Shown here one piece after another: positions 57,301-64,000 of a DNA stretch of 64,000 nt; position 1 is the stretch's first letter; each line of letters starts with the position of its first letter. The DNA is from Klebsormidium nitens. Its lineage: Eukaryota; Plantae; Klebsormidiophyceae. The stretch spans positions 1 to 64,000 of the forward strand of contig DF237347.1 of the NCBI GenBank assembly GCA_000708835.1, written 5' to 3'. A program made the position numbers and the translations under genes. The notes below the pieces were generated by a model that had not been told where the DNA came from, did no database searches, and worked only from the letters and a program-made list of their open reading frames with translations.

Positions 57301-60296
57301 TGCTGCACATTTCCAGCCCCCCGAAAATTGTTGCCGCCCCCACGGAAGAGGAGGCTGCCCCAGGGGATCCCCCTGCGAAGGCTGAGGTGAAGAGGCGGCG
57401 GCTGCGGAAAGTGCAGAAAGAAGCGGAGGTTCCGGTACCGGGGGGTGTGGAAAAGCCCGTTGTACAGAAGACGCCGGCGGAAGCGGTGGGAATTGCTGCT
57501 GGGAAGACGCGGCTTGGGCGGCTGAGAAAGGCGGGCGAGGGACCCCGGGGCGCAGGGGCAGAGGAAGGGGTAACTAGAGCGGCAGAGGAACTCAAGGCGG
57601 GAGCTGCGAGTGCAGCGACGAAGAGGATTGAGAAGGTGGCCAGGGTCAAAGCAACTGGCGATGCCGAAAAGGTGGGGACGGGCCAGGCAGCGGGAGTGTC
57701 GAAAGACGCAGCGAAACCGGACGACGCTGCCAGGGGCGCAGTGCCCAAGGGCGCAGTGCAACCCCTGAAAAAGGGCGTGCTGAAGAAGGTGGGGAAAAAG
57801 GGCGGTATTGCGGTGTTTGTAGCACGGGGGGCCGGAGAGAAGACGAGCGATTCCCCTCGGATGCGTGCAGAGGGGATGGCGATACTTGCGCTGGCTGCAT
57901 TTGCACCCGGGGCCGACGTGCCAAAAGTCGAAAAGAAACGGGGGGTGAAGGCTGACCCGGGCAACGCGGGGTCCGTTCCGGTTCCGGTGAAGGATGAGCG
58001 CGGAGCAAGCGAGGGCGTTAGAACGGTTGCCGCAGCGCCCGGAAAGAAGGGCGGGAGGCTGCGGAAAAGGCAGGGCGGAATTGTTGAAGCGGCGACGGCG
58101 ACGGCGAGCGAAGAGGAAGTGGTTGCGAAGGTGGAGGTACCGGAACCGGAACCCGAAGCGGCTCCTCCGGAGCTACCCGCAGAGGAACCGAAGCCAGCGG
58201 CAGAGGAAACAAACATCTCCGTCGAGAAAGCAGGCAGTACGGCGAGAGGGGTGAAGAAGGGGGCTGCGAAGGCTGGGGGTTTGCCAGGGAGGCCACCCCC
58301 CCGCCGGTCGTCGCGCTTCGAGAAGTTCGACTTTGGGGCGGCATTCCAGGGATCCCCGACGGAGTTCTCGTTACCCGAGGAGTGGCTTTCAGAGGCGGGG
58401 GGCAGGAAGAACCGGAGGATGAGCATCCGGGTGCCGTCCTCGGAAGAGGGAGCGCCGGACCAAGTGCTCGAGGCGCAGATTGACGAGGTGGGGGTAAGAA
58501 GGGCACGCGCGGCGAGCATTGAGCGCGAGATCGAGGCCGCGCAAATAGAGGCGGTTGCGGAGGGGAAGAGCGAGTTTGTGCGGGGAGAGGGAGGTGAGGC
58601 AGGCTGGGCAGCGGAGAAAGGAAAAGGGGGCCAAGAGAGGGGAGATGGGTTGGTAGCGAAAACAGAAGCCCGGGGAGGAGCTGTCCAAGAAGGCGGAAGA
58701 GAGGGAGACAAAGGTGCTACAGCTGCGGAGGCGGGTGCGGTGCTGCGGGCTCCCGGGAAAGGGGGGAAGAAAGGGAAGGGAAAGAAACAGAAGCGCGGGG
58801 GTGGTGAGGTGGAGAGTACCGCGGCGCTTGCCCGAGAAGCAGGCCCTGGAGTCGAAGCGTCGGCTGGAGTGGCGGGTGACGCGTCGGCGGGGCTTACGGA
58901 CGACCCGGCCGCGCAGCCGCCGTCCGCTGGTGACGCCTTGGCAGGAGAGGAGAGTCAGGGCAGATTGGATCCGCTGACGGAAGCAGGAGAAGCGGAAGGC
59001 GTGGGACGAGACACGCGGAGCCAAGCGCCCGCGCCCGACTCGCTCCAACTAGGGTGGGCTTATGACGAGGCGCAACCCTTCGTCGGAGCCGTGTACACAA
59101 GAGCGGGAAAGAGGAAGGGCGGGAAAGCGCAGGGGGGGGGGAGCGGCGCGGCGAAGGAAGGGGAGAAGACCGCAGTAACGGGTGACGGGGAGCCAAGCCC
59201 GAGCGTTACGCCGGGTAAGAAGCGGCCTGGCAAGGGGGGCAGAAAGAGCGGGGCGGTGGAAGAGGCCGCGAGCGAGCGAGGCGGGGCGGGAGTAGCAGAC
59301 GGTGGGGATTCACGGACACCAACTAGTGTGGCGACTTCGGCGCTGGAGTCGAGTCCGAGGCTCGTGCGGCGCGTTAGCACGCGGAGGGGGGGCGAGCAGA
59401 GCCAGTTTCTGGAGTTGAACATGGACTTGCCGAGTCCGGAGTACAAAAGAAAGAAGGGCGGAAAAGGCGAAGGCGGGGGAGGGAAGAAGAACGAGGGTGG
59501 GGAGGAAAAGCAGGGCGGGGGGCTTGAGGAGGGCGGTAGTCAGGGGACGGAGCCGGGAGCAACGGGTGGGGCGCGAGAGCATTCAGTGGTTGGCGAACTT
59601 CCAGGCACAGAAGCGGCATTTAATCAAGAGGGAGATGGGGATGGTCACACGAAGGAGGAAACGGATGAGGCTGGGGATAGGCCAGCTTCCGACAAGCCTC
59701 ACGGGTTGAGTACCGCAGGTACTCAGGGTCAGGGGGGTCAATATACGGAAGAGAATACGGAAGAACGGCCATCAGGCGAGGGCAGCGATTTGGCGCAGTC
59801 CGCGGCTAAAGAAGCTCAAGGTGTGGAGCCGAGAGGAACGGGAGACGCATCAGACGATTCAAGGCAACAAGAAGCGACCGTGGCACCAGTAGCGGAGGCA
59901 AGAGTTGGGTTAGAGGAACCCGGGGTTTCTGCAAAGCTGGAGGTAGGCAAAGTAGAGCCAAAGAGCGGCAATGAAAAATCAGAAAGGGAGCACCCAGAAG
60001 CGACTGGCGGGCTGGGACGGTCTGGGTTGAGTGTCGATTGCCAGTCCGAGGCAGCGGTTGGAGAAGGCGATCAGCAGACGGGCAGCAGACCTCCGGAAGC
60101 GGGGCCGGCAGGAGAGGCGGGCGAGGACGGGCCGCCTGGGAACAGTGCTCACCAGAAAACGGAGAGGGATGACGTAATGGAGCAGCTGGAAAGCCGCGTT
60201 CAGGACGTCACGGCCAATGAAGCGGAACGGATGGAGGGCGGAGGAGAGTTACCGAGGAAAGAGTCCGGTCAGAAGAGTCGACAGGAAAGGGGCTGA
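54303..60296 (+). CDS. mRNA cap guanine-N7 methyltransferase 2-like protein with a very long low-complexity C-terminal extension (~1340 codons), 5 exons
   Basis: Exons 54303-54793, 55506-55610, 55916-56008, 56346-56414, 57035-60296 (4020 nt, in frame). Motifs VCDLYCGRGGD (SAM-binding), LLRPGGYFFGTCPDSSTIW, LVHFPSLIR, ATFVFRK. The remainder is G/A/E/K-rich. Confidence 0.85.
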
Positions 60297-63074
60297 ACGA
60301 AGAGACTAATCCGAGGGCGGTACCCCTCGACAGCCGGGTTCAGACTGGAGAAGGCAGAAGCAATCATGCGGGTGCTGAGCCCGGTGCCAGACGATGTGAA
60401 GCTGCGCCGGGAGGATGCAGACGTTGCGCAGCAGACTGTCGTGGCGAGGAAGATGCCAGCAGAAATAAGTGGCGGAGTGCTCGTTGCGGCACCGACTGGA
60501 GACCAAGAGGCCCAACCGACGGGCAAGGCTAAAGCATGGACTAACACGTTTGACATGTGGTGGGTTTGTACTGAACGTCCCCAGTTACTCTGATGGTTAA
60601 TGGAAGGACGACTACGGATCTCGAATTCCGGCCGTTTTGACCATGGCAATGATGGACATGGTGTGACTCAAGTTCGCCTCGTTGGTGAGGTTGAGTCATC
60701 CAACATGCCATTCACCAATGTCATGCGGTACTCTATCGCTGCGATGGCAGCGCCTCGGCACTATCATCTCTTTCGCCTCATCTACGCATTGCATCATGCT
60801 AATCATTCCAACAACAACAAATCAGCTGGCACCCCCCTCATGCTTTGAGAGAGAGAGAAGTCGCGTTATGGCGGGCGGCATAGTGAGGTCTTTGGTTGCA
60901 ACTTCTCTTCATGGGTGTCAAAGCAGAAGTTCCCCGAGCGCATGTGGCTTGCCTTGTGCTCTTGTATGACGTGCGGTGTGCACCTTGGCGGTGTGCCAAG
61001 CGGATCGGTGGGTCCATCATAAGCGGAATGCTTATACCTAGGTACAAAAAGTTGCATCAGCAACTTTCGGGTCCAGCTTATAGGGCTGGCCGCAGTCACT
61101 CGGCATTCGAGTCTACACACAATAGACTAGAAACTACAGCAACCTACAGCCGTCCGATCGAGTCAAACCCTAGTATCAACGGCTCACAACCGGCGCGTGC
61201 GCGTAGCTCCGATGAGCTACAGCAATGAGCCTCTACAGCGTGACACCAATCAAGCACAGACCGACATGAGCTCAGCATGGATCAATGGATGCACTTCGTC
61301 TCCGTGTTTCCACTCTCGAGCGTATGCAGACGCATATAGCTTGAAGAACTTGAAGCTGAGGATCGGTCATGCGAGAGTGCATGTTTGGTGCCTGATTCGC
61401 CAGCGCTGGTTTTGGAGTTGCAAAAGAAGCGGGTACTGTCTCTATTTGCTGATCATGGTCCTTGACTCCATGCCTTGAGCTCAAAACGCTGCCCGGCTCA
61501 AAAAGGGCTTTTTTGCGGCCCTAGTATATGCACAGTATACGTTCAGTTATTCCAACAACAATGAACGCGCCCGGCCACATCGGACCTTCGACGACACAAA
61601 TTTTTGTCAGTGTCAACAGTGTGATGACTCTGCACCATTGGTATGATTTTTCCTTTCTCGCTGTTAGGCACGTACCTAGGCTTGTTTAGATTTGTCTGAC
61701 AAGCAAATACTAGTATGATCGAAAACTGTGAGCGGTGCAATCCTCCAGCCTCCAGTGGGTATTATCGTAGGTACGTTTACGAACCGGCTACTGTAGTCCA
61801 ACAACTGTACTACTGTAGTGTTTAACCAGTGGGTGTGGACCGTTACCGGTACCATTGGGGATACCCGGTGAGTCGTGACCACTCACCATTGGCTGTTAGG
61901 TACCAGTGATACCAGTAGGTAGTCTGGTAAATTGGTGGTATCATACGCTACCAGGTATGGGTAGTTTGGGTTTAGCCCCGTTTATAGTCAGGTCTGGTCG
62001 CAGGCTCGCAGCACGGTTGATCCGATGCCCGGGCTCTGGATTCCTGGATACAACTACGGGCATTCACCAAGGTTACGTGGTAGACGCACATTCCATCGGG
62101 GTTTGATCGGACGACTGGAATTGTGTGCGCTTCTCAGAGCCTTGCATGCACGACATCGGTGCATGCTACTGATGCCGCGTGTGGTGGTCAAGCTCGTTGC
62201 TCGACCGTCGATGCTCGCTTGACGTCATTGTCGGAAGCCCGTTGGTACCTAACCTATTTTACCGGTACTCCCAAAGATGACGTCACGAGTAGAGCCAAAT
62301 TTGGAATCCATTATTGCCAGCTGTCAACGTGAATTGTTTGAAAGCGACCAGCGTAGTCCTTAAACTAGGTGCAAGGTCGCCGGGCAGTCAATCAATTCGG
62401 TGCCAGCGGTTGACACGTACTGGGCATTACACCGTCAACCGAGTCAAAAGGAGCCGTTGGATATGCGCTTTTGGTCATTGCAATCGTTGAAACGCTAGGC
62501 TTGGCCTAATACTGTTGACGTTACCGCTGCATAGTACAACCGGGTCATGAACGTGCATGAGGACTCTGGACTCTGGATCTGAAAAGGGGTCAAGCTATGG
62601 CTCATTGTCAGGAATTATCAGGACTTGAATCTGGGCGTAGAGGAAGGGGACGGTCAAATCGTTCAGGGCGAGGAAAGAGGAGCAGAGTTGTCGCTGCGCA
62701 GGCCCTTTTGAATGCTTGCTGACTGCAGGGCTTGCGGAATATTGAGCAGATTCTGGGCTTTAGGTGTTTCGGATGTGTTTGTCTGTACTTTCCGGAAGCT
62801 CTGCTATGGTGCTTGGAGGAGCAGTTTGTTGCAACGTCAGATGATTCTTGTGTACGTCAGGAAATCAATGTTCAAGGCCTTGGTATGACAATCTGGAGCC
62901 AATGTGGTGTGTGTGACGAGGATTCTGTCCTACCACAACAGTGATAAAGCAGATAGAGGAGATCGAAGCGATAGTCACACGAAGGACTGAAAGGAAGCTG
63001 GGTTTCTCTAGGAGCATGAGAAAAGCCGCTGAGGGCCAAGAGCGGTAGCTGTTGTGTTCACATCGGCTATAGAG

Positions 63075-63330
63075 ATGCCGAACAAGCTCTTTACAGGGTT
63101 TGCTGCCCTGTTTTGTTTTTGTTTCTTCCTGCTAGGATCGATCATTCAAAGAAGTTCGCTCTTTGTTCTCGATGTGGAGAATAAGGCAACAGTCCAGGCG
63201 GCAGAACGGGAGTTAACAGAGCGGACATGGGATGTGCAAGAAGGCACAACAGGGGTTGTGGCTCGGAGAGCCTTGCTAGACAGGCTTATGCTTGAAGAAG
63301 AAGTGCCTGAAGATGATGAAGAAGACAAAG
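63075..63330 (+). CDS. Probable exon of an unidentified membrane-anchored protein
   Basis: MPNKLFTGFAALFCFCFFLLGSIIQ (hydrophobic stretch) followed by an acidic tract ending at a GTAAAG donor at 63331. Downstream exons not resolved. Confidence 0.35.
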
Positions 63331-64000
63331 GTAAAGCTGTCTGCATTGCACCTTTTCTGACTGGATGTTCAAGTCAGCACCTTCGGCATGTCGCTCTTGC
63401 ACTGTGGTTGCATCCTTTTCCCATTGAGTTGCTGAATGGTAGAGATCCAACTTTGGGGCTGGGATCTGTGCGAGCTCAAAGTCTCATTGTTTTGAAGTAG
63501 ATGGAGCTCGCAGATTAAGGAACTCAAGATGGTGATGCACCACTTGAGGGGTGATATGTAAGCAGGACTCTCCTGCTGATGAGGATGTAGGATCCTGAGC
63601 CTTTTGGTGATGCACTTCCAAATTTCCTGGTGACCTGGTGACCAATCAGCTCTCTGGTTTTGCAACCATTATTTTCAACAGTTGACTCAAGTGTCGCGCC
63701 AGAATGCAAGGTCCGGGTCTTTGAAGAGTTGAATGTCTGAGATGGATTTGTTGGATCAACATCATTGGACATCACCGACATTCTATCTTTGAAACACTTC
63801 CAAGTAGGGACCTCTGCATTCAGCAAGCGGCAGTCTGCTGCCCTTTTGGTCAATAGAGGGGACTGCCCCAGAGCTACTTCATCAAGCAGTTGATGTGACT
63901 TGGTGATCGTAGCCAGAGGCTTACTTGGTTACATGCATGCCAGAATGAGCGTATCCGGTTGATTGATGGGACAACTGCTAGCTTTTCGTCAAAATGTAGA

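Noticed and set aside
57098-59619. Long antisense ORFs (537 aa, 219 aa and others) opposite the methyltransferase tail
   Set aside because: Expected shadows of a GC-rich low-complexity coding strand; S/P/F-rich mirror composition and no domain.

Overview
Gene-dense, intron-rich eukaryotic DNA with GT-AG introns and plant/green-algal-type proteins. A streptophyte alga such as Klebsormidium is my inference, not something the sequence proves. I reconstructed by hand spliced genes for ferroportin (+), a ROQH1-like atypical SDR (-), SAICAR synthetase (+), a LENG1/CIR_N protein (-), the complex I 24-kDa subunit (+), a triple-KH protein (+), adenylosuccinate lyase (-) and mRNA cap N7-methyltransferase 2 with a ~1,050-aa disordered tail (+). 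Two dispersed BTB/POZ paralogs (-) both show frame disruptions. Mobile DNA includes a complete 7.4-kb PIF/Harbinger-type transposon (27848-35263, ATT target-site duplication, intact spliced transposase) whose Myb/SANT-like second gene is interrupted by a nested CACTA element (30109-31090, TCA duplication), plus two promoter-associated fold-back/MITE-like elements. The most unusual signals are (i) an OTU-protease ORF at the window start followed by a type I hammerhead-ribozyme-like fold with an A15 tract in loop II, and (ii) three tRNA-like units at 11.9-13.1 kb that keep the acceptor stem, T-arm and an oligo-T terminator but have a non-canonical D/anticodon region. There is one assembly gap (30252-30820).
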